Made by a program: the position numbers and the translations under genes. Source: Hamiltosporidium tvaerminnensis FI-OER-3-3 (lineage: Eukaryota > Fungi > Microsporidia). From it: DNA of 64,000 nt. Below are positions 50,201 through 63,041 of this stretch, piece after piece; position 1 is the stretch's first letter, and each line of letters opens with the position of its first letter. The notes under the pieces are model-generated. The model saw nothing but the letters and a program-made list of their open reading frames with translations, searched no databases and was not told the DNA's origin. The stretch lies in assembly GCA_022605425.2 (NCBI GenBank), contig JAKIMF020000005.1, forward strand, positions 1,178,001-1,242,000, in the 5' to 3' direction.

Positions 50201-51007
50201 TATCCGTGCCACTGCAGTTATCGTCATCGGTACATAATAATCAGCATACTCACCGATAATTCGATTAATAAGGTCCAAAACTCTTCTGCAACTAATTCAC
50301 TTGGAAGCTTTTGAGTTCGGACCACCACTTTTCCAATTTCGTTCTCCGAGATTTCTTTGATTTTACTCAAAAATATATCTCTCAGGTTTATGTACTCCGT
50401 AGTGTCAATCAGGGTGGATGGCTCAGTGAGACAAGTGGTGATTCTACGTCGCTCTCCATTCTCTTCTTGCCTTATTTCCCTTTCTGCCTCATTTTGTGCG
50501 AGTGTTTTAAACGCATCGATATCTAGTCCGCAGACGAATTTCTCATTCTAGTACCTGTGAAGTTCTGTCCAGCTTTTTCTTGGCATTCTTTCAAACCTTG
50601 TCTGTACTGCAAAAAAAAACAATTCGAGGTCATTCCTTCGGGTCGGCTGTTACGGAATCGAATATCGTCCGCAATGCCATTAGCCTGTTACCTTCCGGAA
50701 TAGCTAGAGTACAGGGGCTTGTCATGTCGTACGATGGCTCGCACGCAGAGACTTCAACCGAAGAGGGAACTGGTGTATTAGGCGAAGGTAAGGTGTCAAG
50801 CCCACTATTTTGCATTTTACTGCATGTTTGGCTTGGTGGTGGAGGTGTTATTGTTGTGTAGGAGGAGGAAGGTAGGGAAATCGCCGGTAGGTGTAGCTTA
50901 CATTTTTGTTTGCTAATATAACTTCTCTTCACCTCATCACCGTTGTTTGCAGCCTTTATTTTAGTATTTTTTGATATTTCGCTGCTAACATTTTTCTTTC
51001 TACCCAT
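47207..51007 (-). mobile_element. R4/Dong-like retrotransposon copy 4, full length with stops and frameshifts
   Basis: 12-bp TSD GGGTTTCCTTAT (47195-47206 and 51008-51019); ORF fragments cover the N-terminus, RT (FVDDLKL), CCHC knuckle and endonuclease. Confidence 0.96.
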
Positions 51008-51649
51008 GGGTTTCCTTATAAAATATAAAATTATACTTTAACCTCAAAGATGGAAGAAAGGAAAAAAAAGAATTAGAATAGCAAATTAAATAAACCTTTT
51101 ATTAATAAAAATAACTCTTTGTTTAAACGGGTCAAAAAATCCTTTAATTCCAATGATAGAGCTTGTCTCTATCAAAAATGCCTAATATCTAGGTGCCTTG
51201 AGCGTGGTTACGTCAATTTTAAAGACCAAAATTTCATTCATACCAAAAGACCCCATAAGTTATGCAGAAAACAATTGTTTGCGGGTTGTCGAAAGACATC
51301 CTCTAAAATTGCTTAGAAGTTTAGCAATAAAGATAACTGTTTTTAATTCAAAGCAATGGAAGCATTTATTGTGAAATATATCTAATTATCTAATTTAAAA
51401 GCATTTAAGATGTTTTTAATACTTTTAAATTTATTTAAGTTTCAACCTTCATGTTGAAAGTATTCGAAATAAAATTTATTTTAGAAAAAGTGCAAATAAT
51501 AGAATAAAAATTTTCTAAAAATTATCCAAATAATACTCAACAAAGAACTGAAAAACTCTAGAAAATGGGCCAATTTATGCTCTACTTATCGATATTCTTT
51601 GTTATAAAAACCCCGATGGAACTTTAAGAGCGCGGTTTTTCAATTTCAA

Positions 51650-52820
51650 ACTGGGATGTTTCGAATGATTCTCAATATAGAGCATGCTTCAGATCATCCA
51701 TGAATGAATAAAATGATAAATATTGTTCATATAAAACACTATGACATTCCATCACGAGTTTCAAGGATTTTGTGAGAAAAATACGAAGTCTATTTGAGAT
51801 ACAATAGTCAAAATACCCTTCAAGACATCCAAGTCAATGAAATAACCCCAAAATATGATAGATATATTATGAATTGCGTAGATATGGGAGGTATTTGTAA
51901 CATAATGATGGTTATTCTTGGATTTTACACATCAGCAACACATCACTAAGTTTTTACGGCCATTTAAATTACTTGATAAAAGCGCCTAATCAATTAAAAA
52001 ATCGAAAGATATATATATAAATTTTGGCGTGTCTATTTCAATTCAAGCAGAAAACGGTAAAGAATCTTTAAACAACGTTTGAGTAATTTCATAGAAGTCT
52101 AAATATAAAAAATATCTACGAAAGACCTAGAAATTCACGGGCTCAAGACCAAAAGGAAAAGGCCAATCAAATGGGGAACATAGTTTTCAAAAATTTTCTA
52201 GAAACCGCAGAGAAAAGATGAATTTATGCGTTCGAGTTTATGATCAATATGTATTAAATTAATTCATGGAGCAACAAACTATTCCAAATTTATTGTTTCA
52301 GAGTCAAGGTGGATATAATACTCAAACTTAAAATTTTGAAAATGATGAAACGTAATTTAAAAATGAATATAATGCTTGATATTAGAAAAAAAATAAGATT
52401 TTAATTATAATTATGATTTACATGATTGTGACATGGTCATTTTTCCTCCTATATAAAAGCAATTGATGCAAAGAGCAACCCAAGTACAAATGAAATAACT
52501 TAAAATATAGGTGGTTATGTTCTATTGAAAAAATATTTCCGTAATAATACATCTAACCGAAGAAATGTTATTGATGAATATTTTTTTAAGAAAAAATATA
52601 ATAGTAGATATTTAAGGAAACAATAGGATATAAATTCTAAATAAAGAATCTTACGATCTGCAAAACGTTTTTAAGAACAGATCAAAGAAGATTTGTTAAA
52701 AAAACAACATATATTATTGACTTCCATGCTTAGCTCTATTATATTTTCTCTTAAAAATGAAATAATTTAGAGTAAAATCTTAGTAACATGCATATTAAAG
52801 AGCGGAATCACATCGCAGCC
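51650..52820 (+). pseudogene. Decayed rve/DDE integrase
   Basis: NDGYSWILH (~51904), FGVSISIQAENGKE (~52025-52064, cf. FGxPxxLQSDNGxEF) and EKANQ; boundaries approximate. Confidence 0.65.
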
Positions 52821-53636
52821 TCTTTCTTTTTTCTTTGGATATACTTTAGTATGTTGTTTTATTTAAATATAAAATAACTGTTATAAATAAGGAATAGTTC
52901 AAAAATCAAAGTGAATAAAGAAAGATAATTTAAATTGAACAATTTTTTTTATTTTTCTTTACGTTCTTTTTTTTTTAATTTTCTTAAATTTTTTTTTTAA
53001 TTTTCTAACTTTATTTTGTTGTTATTTTATCGAGATTTTTTATTTTTTTGCAAAACGATCGTTTCAGTCTAAAAAAGTATAATTACTTTTTTTTAGAACT
53101 TATAGGATTTTTCAGATGAGAAGATCAGCTAGCTTTGACCTTGGCTAAAGAAATAAATAAGATGAACATGAACATGAGGGAAAGAAGTTACTGTGGTATG
53201 GCATACCAATATATAATTTATATTTTTGCGTTTTATCTTTAATCGATTTTTAAATTTAATCATAGTATTTGAGTTTCGAGGTTTATTTTTCAAAAAATTC
53301 GCTACATTGTTCTTTTCTTCTTTCAAAAAATCTTAATGAGTATATAAATCCTTGATTTATATCATAGAATCTTTCTAAGACCCAAATCTAATATTTTTTT
53401 ATTCTTGCTTTTTAAACAGCAAATTATAAAATTCTGAGGGTTTTTTAAAGTTCGAGAAATTTTGGGTGTGGCTCATTAGAGAACGACACACTTGGATTTT
53501 AATTAAAACATTCTAATATTGCTTACAATTAAATTTCCAATTAAAAAATATAAAATATATTGAGATAAATATATTAAAAAAAGTATTTTATCAACAAAAT
53601 TTAATATAATTAAGTAAAAATTTACATCCGCCATTT

Positions 53637-56183
53637 ATGAATAACAAACGATTCAAAAAATTACAACATAATACCTTCAATCAAATAAGAAAAGAAAAAA
53701 GCGTCAAATTTTCAATAAAAAGGTTATTATTAACTTCCATTAGAAGAAATATTATGTTTATTTCATTTATTATATTGTTTCTGGAAATACATCAATGTTT
53801 TCGGATTACTATTGATTTTACTGATCGAGCTCTTTCTGAAGGTGTTCCAGCAAAACAGATCACCTCTTGTCTCTATTCAACTCAACATTGTAGAAAACGA
53901 AAATATAAAACCGATCGTGTAGTACATCAACAAAATAAATCTTTAATTTCTTCATCTAAAGATTGTAGTTATGAATACATAGGACAAAAAGAGTATAATA
54001 AAGCTGAAAAAATCCTAAGACTGGATGAAAAATATGAATTAATAAGCAATGTAGATTATAAATCAACAGAATTAAGTTGCAATAAAGATTCTTATAAAAA
54101 AGACCCAAGATGTTTACCAACTTCAAATATAAATAGAGAAGCTAAAGTGATTAAATATTCTGAAGATGAAAAAGTAATATTCGATCCAAATATTTCAAAT
54201 TCTATTACATTTGATTACTCTTCTGATTTTATTATTCGATCTAAATTTTTTGATGATTTAGGTAAAACGGGCCTTGAAGAAATCGATCTTAATATTAATA
54301 ATATAACAAAAAGCAATGTCGATATTGTTACATGTGAAATGTTAATAAATATTCTAATATGTGGTGAAGATTTTGGGTTTCCAGATTTAATCGATGAAAA
54401 TTTTCTTGCTTTAATTTGCCTTATTTTTGATCTTTCTTGTTACTCAAAATCTGGTGAACTGGAGAGACTATATAAAAATTTACTCCCATCTTTCTTTGTA
54501 TATCTTGGTAATAAACCTAGATCTAAAGTATTTCAAATTGAAATTGTAGAAGAGGTGGAACAGAAAAATGTTTTCCTACCATTTTTATCTGTAGTTTATG
54601 ATTCTGTAGATATTTCATTTGATGAAAATACCAAAGAGCTTGAATTTGTCAAAAAGAAGCATTATAAGAAGTCAAAACTATTAGAAATAAATATTACAGA
54701 CAAATTAATAATCCGAATTACTCCATTCGCACTTATTCACATGCAAGAAAATGACACCAAAGAAAAAGAGATTTTTTTGCGTTACCTATTTTCTTATTAT
54801 AAAATAAATGGCATCCGAATTTCTGCTGATAACAAGTATTATAGTGAATATAAAAATTCAAAATATAACTGTGATTTTTCAATAGAAGAATCAATAATTT
54901 CTTATCAAAAAATAAATATTTGTTATCTTCGCAGACTATTTGAAACAAAAAGAAAAAACGAGATAAAATATGTTGAATTAGAAAGAATAATATTGTCGAT
55001 AGATGACATAATTTATTTAAAGAGTCTGAAAAACATCGAAACATTAATCCTAGTGAATTGCAATTCAGAAATTAGAGATTCTTTTGTTCAGTATATACCG
55101 CTTAATTTTCAAAATTTAATAAACCTAACGATAATTGGGTACACATTCAAAGACAGATTTTGGGAATATTTTAATATATTGAATTTAGAGATTTTAGATC
55201 TTTCATGGTGCAAACACTTAGAAAAAGTAAAGCAAATTTTTCACAAAGAAATGAATAATTTAAAAGAATTTAGAATGAACAATGCATCTTTAAATCACCG
55301 AATAATAAATTATATACTTAGGAGTCCTTCCTTAGAAATTTTGAGTCTAAAGGGTTTAAACTTTTCAAGATTACGATATTATGAAAGGTTTATAGTCATG
55401 AAACAAAAATACCGCGTTTTGGATCTTTCGGGATGTAGATTCAATAAATTGTTTTTAGAATTCTTTTCTACGAATATAATAGCCGAAATATTGTTTCTCG
55501 AGCATTTAAATGATTCAAATAATCTAATACAAATTCTGAGCCAGAATACGTTACATTTAAGCACAAAATTCCTCAGTATATCAGAAAATTTTATGTCTTT
55601 AAATTTATTAGAGATAATACATAAATTTAAATCCCTTGAATGTTTAAGGCTTATTGGCATGAAAATGGATTCATTGAGAGCATCATATTCTGATATCATA
55701 TTAGAAAGTAATTTATTTGAACTTGATATATCTAGAAACAAACTTGAGAATATATTCTTTACCTTTTTATATCAATTTTATAGCTTAAACAAACTTGATT
55801 TGTCTAATTGTAATATTAATGCTGGATTTGTAAAATACTTATGTGTTCCAAATATTTCGGCTTCGCTTAAAAATTTAGACTTATCTGGGAACAACCTGGG
55901 TGCTTCAGATATTTATAATTTAAGATTTCTTAGAAATCTCAACCATCTTATCGTATCTTTTGACAATGATGTATTTTCAGAATTTACAAAGAAATATGGT
56001 GATTTTATGTGTCTTAATCTTGTAAAATTGGTTTTGTTTTCCACAAAGGTTAATAATGAAATAATAAATTGTATTATGGCAGCATTGCCTTCGATTAAAT
56101 ATGTGGAATTAAGCGAATGTAATTTCGATGATGTTGTTTTCAAAATTCTAATTGGGTACGAAATAGATGTTTTGATACACTAA
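53637..56183 (+). CDS. Putative secreted leucine-rich-repeat protein (848 aa)
   Basis: Hydrophobic IMFISFIILFLEIHQC; shares SITFDYSSDFIIRSK, DFGFP, SCYSK, YKNLLP and VELERI with 9105-11720; C-terminal LRRs. Confidence 0.9.
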   Translation: MNNKRFKKLQHNTFNQIRKEKSVKFSIKRLLLTSIRRNIMFISFIILFLEIHQCFRITIDFTDRALSEGVPAKQITSCLYSTQHCRKRKYKTDRVVHQQNKSLISSSKDCSYEYIGQKEYNKAEKILRLDEKYELISNVDYKSTELSCNKDSYKKDPRCLPTSNINREAKVIKYSEDEKVIFDPNISNSITFDYSSDFIIRSKFFDDLGKTGLEEIDLNINNITKSNVDIVTCEMLINILICGEDFGFPDLIDENFLALICLIFDLSCYSKSGELERLYKNLLPSFFVYLGNKPRSKVFQIEIVEEVEQKNVFLPFLSVVYDSVDISFDENTKELEFVKKKHYKKSKLLEINITDKLIIRITPFALIHMQENDTKEKEIFLRYLFSYYKINGIRISADNKYYSEYKNSKYNCDFSIEESIISYQKINICYLRRLFETKRKNEIKYVELERIILSIDDIIYLKSLKNIETLILVNCNSEIRDSFVQYIPLNFQNLINLTIIGYTFKDRFWEYFNILNLEILDLSWCKHLEKVKQIFHKEMNNLKEFRMNNASLNHRIINYILRSPSLEILSLKGLNFSRLRYYERFIVMKQKYRVLDLSGCRFNKLFLEFFSTNIIAEILFLEHLNDSNNLIQILSQNTLHLSTKFLSISENFMSLNLLEIIHKFKSLECLRLIGMKMDSLRASYSDIILESNLFELDISRNKLENIFFTFLYQFYSLNKLDLSNCNINAGFVKYLCVPNISASLKNLDLSGNNLGASDIYNLRFLRNLNHLIVSFDNDVFSEFTKKYGDFMCLNLVKLVLFSTKVNNEIINCIMAALPSIKYVELSECNFDDVVFKILIGYEIDVLIH

Positions 56184-58939
56184 TTTAAGGATTTAGCTTT
56201 TATACTATATAAAGTTGATTTTTTTAAATTGAAATTTTTCCTGTAATATTAATGTTTTTTTGGGGATAGTTCGGCTTTATTTTGACCAAATTATATTTAT
56301 TATAGCTTTAAAATTTATAAAAAACAATAATTTTTCAATTTATTCATTGGTTTTATTTTTATATTGCGTACATTTAGAGTGTCATTTAAGTATCCTATAT
56401 AATAAATAAAATATGCCTATAATATTTTAACTTCGGTTTCCTCCTGGTATGGTAAACAGCTATTTTTCTCTTGTATATTTGCTTTTTTTATCTTCCTTTA
56501 CGAATCTGTAATAATTTTCAGTTGTCGTCTATTTTCAATATAAAGCAGTAGAAAAAATGCAAACAAATAAATTTGAAATTTTTTATATATTATCGATCAA
56601 ATATATCTCTCTCTCTTCGTATGAATATATAGTGCAACACCTTAAAAATACTTTTTTACTTTCACCATAATACCAAAGAAGTAGTACTGCACATTTAAAT
56701 GTTTATTATTCAGTCAATGTGGATGGCAAATTTTTAGTTCAGCTATATATTTTTAAGATTTAGTAGGCCTATGCTAAAAATTTTAACTAATGAATATAGT
56801 AATGTTAAGATAACAGACAAACAAAAGTTTATATTTTTTTTCTTATTGAAATGTTTTTATAAAATTTTGGATTGTTTGTCACTAAGATATCAAAATTCAT
56901 GGTGCCTACTTATTAACGATTTTAAAACATAACGAGCCATGTATTTTTTAAATATTAATGTGTATAAAAAACTTAGAAATAAAATTTAGAGTGTATTCCT
57001 GTTAATATGAATCAGATAAGGCCATTGATAAGTTTTATTTACAACAAGTTTCATTATTATTTATTTTTTAAGCACGAAAATAACAACAAATTTTGAAACT
57101 CGAGTATATTTCTATTCTGGTAAATCCCAAATACTTTTTTTATAGCCGCACATTTCTAAATATTGCCTAAAAATAAATAGTTTTTTTATGCTTAAGGGAA
57201 CTATTATAATTCAAAGTTTTATATTTTCTTTAAAAAAAGACTATATATTGTCATAATTTTTTCTAGTTAATTAATCTAATCTGTTAAGCTTTCAAATAAA
57301 ATTTAAAGGCACGATATATTAATATTTTTTTATAATTATAGTTTGATGTTTTTTGTGACTTTTAATGGTTTTTAAGCAACCAAAGAATATCAAATAAACC
57401 GGTTTCTTCTTAATTAAGAATATATCTCGCTATTTGTTCCGCTCCAGATAAAGCAAGAAGTATCGATCTACTGGTATATTTTGCATCTTTTTTTGGTTAT
57501 TTTATTTGCGGGGCTTCTATAAATCCAAGCTTAAGTTTTTTTAGCATCGTGAATCAGAATATCAGTTTTTATGTGTTATATTCCGTTGCAAATCATGAAA
57601 CATGCTATGAGTAGGTGATTAACACTTTGGCCCTACAAAGATCCTCTTTTCATTTTATTGACATTTCCAAGAATTAATTCTTAACATGACATTCTCATTT
57701 TATAGAATGTTCAATTTATGTAAATTCTAACATTCTGAAAAGCATATAATTTTTTATAATATGAATATTGTACTTGGTTATCCGATTCTAATTATGAGCC
57801 CCATATTATAAAATATTTTCTTATTTGATTCTTTCCTAAAATCCAATATAGATTTTCTTTAATATAATATGTATAATTCTAATAAACAAACGGTTATTTT
57901 GTGATAAAAAACCAGAAATATTTACTTATCACTTATTGTCATTATCTGCTGCGATTAAATTTTTCAATTTGGATAAACATGCATAGGGCAGCTGAGGGTG
58001 ACCTTTTAACCTAGATTTGTAAGATTACAATTTAAAATCTCGCCTATAATTTTCTGTTATAGTATTAATATATTATTTTTATGATTTAATAAAGGTTTAT
58101 AAAATAAATAAAATTTCTATTTTACATAATTTATCCTTATAATGTACACTTCACAAATATACTCTCTGTGATTTTTTATCTTTTTTTCAAATTATGTTAT
58201 TTTTCCTTGGCCTTTTAAAATTTATACTCAATGGTGTTTCTAATAGCATTCGGTAGTCATGATAATAGGTATGAATATCTTGACACTACAGGTTGAATTT
58301 AATGGTGTTTTAATGTTTGTAGTAATGTTTAAGATTTTAGTAACATTGTATTCTAGAATCGAAATCATATCTATTTATATTTTCGAGAGACCATTTTAAA
58401 ATGTGTCATGGAATAAATGCCTAGTATTTTATGTCTGAATACAAGTTTTCAACGTCAAAAGAATTTCATTTTTGTCGTTATTACTTTGAATATGAAATAA
58501 GGAACGAGATAAATTTTGATGACAAAATTTTTAGAATATATGAACTTTGAAACTTATTTCTTTCAGAGAAAAAACTAAAATATACTTATATGTACCGAAG
58601 GGCCCATTTTTAATGCGCTGGTTTGTGATAAAGACAAATAATTTATTTTATGTTTCAATTGGTTATATATCTGGATTTAGTAAAATGCTCTGGGTTCAAA
58701 AACATAATAATTTACTAACTTAAGCCTGGCTCTAACCTTGTTGTACAACTCATCAATCTTTGGTTAAGAATTTTTTTCTTTGAACTCACAGCCATAATGC
58801 AACATTAAATTGCAGAACATTCAAATAAAAATACAAAAGCAGATTTCAGATGTGCCATATGTTCTCATTCCTAATAATAGAACAATTTGAAAAATATGTC
58901 TGCAATCAACGAATTAGAGTTAGGTATATAAAAATATTA

Positions 58940-59206
58940 TCCCATCATGCCGGGTTCGGAATTGGCTTAGAGTATTGGCTGCTTGTGGTAAGAGACGACT
59001 AAAACGAACTGGCCCTCTAGGCTGGGCTTGTGCGTAAGACCAACAACCCACTCTTTAAAACCATTTTGTTACGAAACCAAAAAAAGTAAACGAACCAGAA
59101 CGGATATTAAAAACAAACTAGCGAGGTTAAAGAAAAAACCGGTAGGCGATATTACTGAGAGAAGCTAAGGCTCGTGCAGGACTGTAGCTCCGAGGATGAA
59201 ATAATG
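58940..59206 (+). mobile_element. RTE-derived SINE-like element, copy C (longer middle)
   Basis: Same head (ATTGGCTTAGAGTATT..CTGCTTGT.GTAAGAG.CGACTAAAA), the TTGTTACGAAACC block and a CTGTAG..CC tail. Confidence 0.8.
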
Positions 59207-62200
59207 AAAATATCTTTTGTTTTAAAAACTCAATAGTTATTCGCTTAATATGATATGTTTAATGTGCAGTAATTATTATCGATTTATTAAATTACTATTT
59301 TTCAAAATGTATTCTCATTTAGATACTTTCGTTCAATCTATTTTAACTTATATCTAAATAATAACTGTTTTTTTCGAATTTTATTGATTATACCTACCTA
59401 ACAATCTACTGAGCTCAATTTTGTATTTTTTTGATGAAATTAATATTTTTTATCATAAAAAATGAATGCTATCTTTTTTCTTTTTACCTTGGTAAAAGCA
59501 ATAATTTTCTGCTGTATGATGTAAGTAGTATTCATGATTGCCAGATTCGCATCGAAATCTTCAGTCAATCATATTTCTTGATATGATTGTATTAGACCGT
59601 GAGTATATTTATAAAATTAAAATTAAGAGAATTGATTTAAATCTTATAAATTTTTTTATAATGCTTTTTACATTGCTTGCATCCGATTGGATAGTTAAAA
59701 GGATCATATGCGGGAAGAATAAATCGATCTTTTCGCGAATATATTATAACTTTTATATTATTTTACTCTTATCCGGAGTCGATATATTTCATAGAACAAT
59801 AAATCTCTTGTTTTCCCTTTAAGAATTAAAATGTTTTTTCAAACATTTTTTTGTTGAAACCCCGTTGAAGTTTCTGCTTATTTTTTTAACATATTATAAT
59901 AGATACAATAAATTTGTGTTTTTTTTTTGACTTTGTTTGTTTTTTATTATTTAAGCTTATGATAGTTTGAGTATATTACTGAAAATATTAAGAAATGTTA
60001 GTGTATAAATTCATATTTAAGTTTCAACTAAAGACGAATATTTTTTAATACGCAGCCAATAATTTCAATCATTCATTTTCGTCAATTTGTCGAAATTTTC
60101 TTTGTTTTTTCTAATTAATGGGTAGAAAATATCCCCTTTACACTGCTTGTCTGTCATATCAATTTATTTTTTTTTGAATTCTGGGTTGTTTAATTGGTAT
60201 CTAAGTTTTATCTTATTTTATAGAAAAACGTCCTTTTCAGTATTTTCTTGCTTATTATTCTTACCTATGGTTAGCTTCTTGATATAAAATTACTTGATTT
60301 TCTTTTATTTCCCATTATAATATGATTTCTTTTATCATCTGCTTCGATATGATCTGTTTTATTATTCGCTAGTGTTCTTTGTTAATAGAAAAATATATTT
60401 TGACCATGTTCCGGCATTTAAACGTATTATATACATATTCTTAATGGCATTATCCTTTCGAAATACAGCCAGGGTGAATTGTAACTATACCATAACCGAT
60501 ATTCACGGTAAAATTTTGATAATCTATTGATAAGACCAAGTTTTATTGTAAAGCGAGATATCCGGATTTCAATGGTCAAATATTAGAAGATGATTCCTAA
60601 ATAATTTCGACTTGTGCTTTGCATTATGTTAAAGTTATTTTTAGCATACAAATCAGATATATTGTTATAATGATTTCTTGTGTTTTTCTTTCTTGCAACT
60701 TTGTCGCCGCAAATTCATTTTTGAGAAGCCTTATGAATGTAACTTAATTTTTTTCTTAAAATTTTAAATTATATTCGCTTCTAAATATAAAAGAAATGCA
60801 AAAAAATTTCATCCACGCACTATTATAATCATATCTGCTGATTTTATCACAGTTTATGACCAAATACACTAAGATTAAAGAAGATTTACAATATCGAACT
60901 TTTTTTGAATAATTCAAGTACACTCCCATCTGTTTTGTAATGAAGATTTTTTAGTCACATCATTTGAAAATAAATTTTCTGCGCCTTCTTAAAGGATCAT
61001 GAATCCATGTTTTCTAATTATTCCTACGTTCAAAAAATTTCGAATCTAGTTTTTCGTTTGAATTTAGTTGTCTATTACTCTTTTCTGATCTTTCTTTTGT
61101 GCTTATGGTTTCTTCCGCATATCAATATATCAGAAACTTTATTGCAAAGCAGATATGTTTTTATTTTTCTTCTAGCATTATCGCACTTTTTTATATATTT
61201 ATTTACGGATCTTCCAAACGCTACAAGGGCTTATGTTTTGTATTTACCTAAAAATAATAATTCTTTGTTTCTTGTCAAAGCTTCTATAGATAACTATTCT
61301 CTTAGCCATTTGATTTTAAACATTTTTTTTTTTAAAATTTAGACTCGAAAATTCTCTAACGTTGCAAAACCAACCAGATAAATAGAATTTTTTTGGAAAG
61401 CTAATTAAATGTGTCTCTTCTTAATTAATTGCACAATTTTTGCTTTATGTTTTGTAGGACATTTCTTTTGAAATCTTAGAAAATCCCCAACCTTTCGAAT
61501 GTACTAAGGTAATATGTATATGCTGCATTCAATTATTTTCTAATTTATTAAAACACCAAGTTTTGAAAACTAATACCTAAATTATACTTGTTCTAAACCA
61601 ACTATACTTTCTTGTTGGTTTATATGTCTACTTTAAATTGAATAAATTTTTTATCGTGAATCGGTATCTAGTATCTTTAAATTATATAAAGAGGCTGAAA
61701 TCTTCGATTGGAATTGAATTAAAGTTTGTATCTAGATAAATTATTTTCCTTGTATAATTTCGGAAAATAATTGGCTAATATATACAAGAATAAATAAAAG
61801 AGAAAAAAACAAAGTTTCTGCCTGTCTTTAATCTTTCTGAAAATAATTTCCCAAAAATTTACCTACGATCACTTGCCAAATTTTTAATTAGAAAATAGTA
61901 AAAAAAAAAGAATATAGATAGCAATTTCTGAAATCTAATAATTTTTTTGACTACACATGTTTTAATAAACAAAAGCCCATTATTAATCATTTTGCTCAAT
62001 TTTTTTAGTCCTTCATTTCGCGTAATTTATGGCAAAACCCGCGTTTTATTCTTTTCTCACCCTTCACATATTCTAATATTTCTTTTCTATTTCGTTTTAA
62101 TTTTTTAGTTTTAGAAAAAACAACAAATATCGACCTGGGATGCTAAAAACAACTGCATTACAATATATGATTTGTTTGTGATACATCTCGTTAATATTTT

Positions 62201-63041
62201 TTTTCAAATTGGTTTATTAATCAAAAAAATATTCGCTTTTGGTATTTGTTTATTTACAAATCATCTTCATCATATTGTAAGGTGTTTATAAAGAATCAGA
62301 ATTTTCATTGCAGAAAATCATAAATGCCATCATTACCGGTGCTTGGAGGCAAATAAGCTATTTATTTGTATTTATAAAGTAATGGTGAAAAGTTCGAAAA
62401 TATTCGATGTGAGGTATCAGATACCGGTAAGTATGCCTTTTTGTTGTTGTTTTTTTTGCAGAGCTCACAACCCTAAATTCCTTCAAAAATAAACATATGC
62501 TTGGATTTAAAACATTCAGATAAATAAAATATTTTTTACATAAAATACTTCAAAAATAATCTACACGTTTGATTTTTTTTTAGATTCATACACTTAATTA
62601 TTTCCTTCAAACATTTAAAAATTTATTTTGCATAACTGAAGCCTCTGATGAATAGTTTTATGGGTTTAGTTTAAATGCTCGCATGAGCTTCGCGAAATTT
62701 TATTTCAGAAGAGACAAGTTTTTATTAACAATTGCCTTCTCTAAGAAACCAATGAAAATAATTCCTTTACATTTTTGCTTTCATTGATTTTTTTTTTAAT
62801 ATAGTATATCTTTATTAAAGAGTTATGCCGTTACAACAAACTTTTCTAAATAAACGAAAATTTTTGTACAAGTCTTCACAATTGTAAAGGTAGGCCTTCA
62901 TATTCATGACCATGAAATTAATGTTTTCTAGAATAAAAACCTTCAACCGATAAGCTTTAGAATTTTTTTCTTTTGATCACAAATTCCTTCATTTCTATGC
63001 CGAGATATTTCTGATTCTTTAAAAATACTTATTTATCAGGT

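Noticed and set aside
60110-60190. ATGGGTAGAAA and GAATTCTGGGTT resembling the element termini
   Set aside because: Matches are only 11-12 nt and in inconsistent orientation.
60300-61400. Possible decayed transposase on the minus strand
   Set aside because: No convincing catalytic motif; needs a frameshift-aware search.
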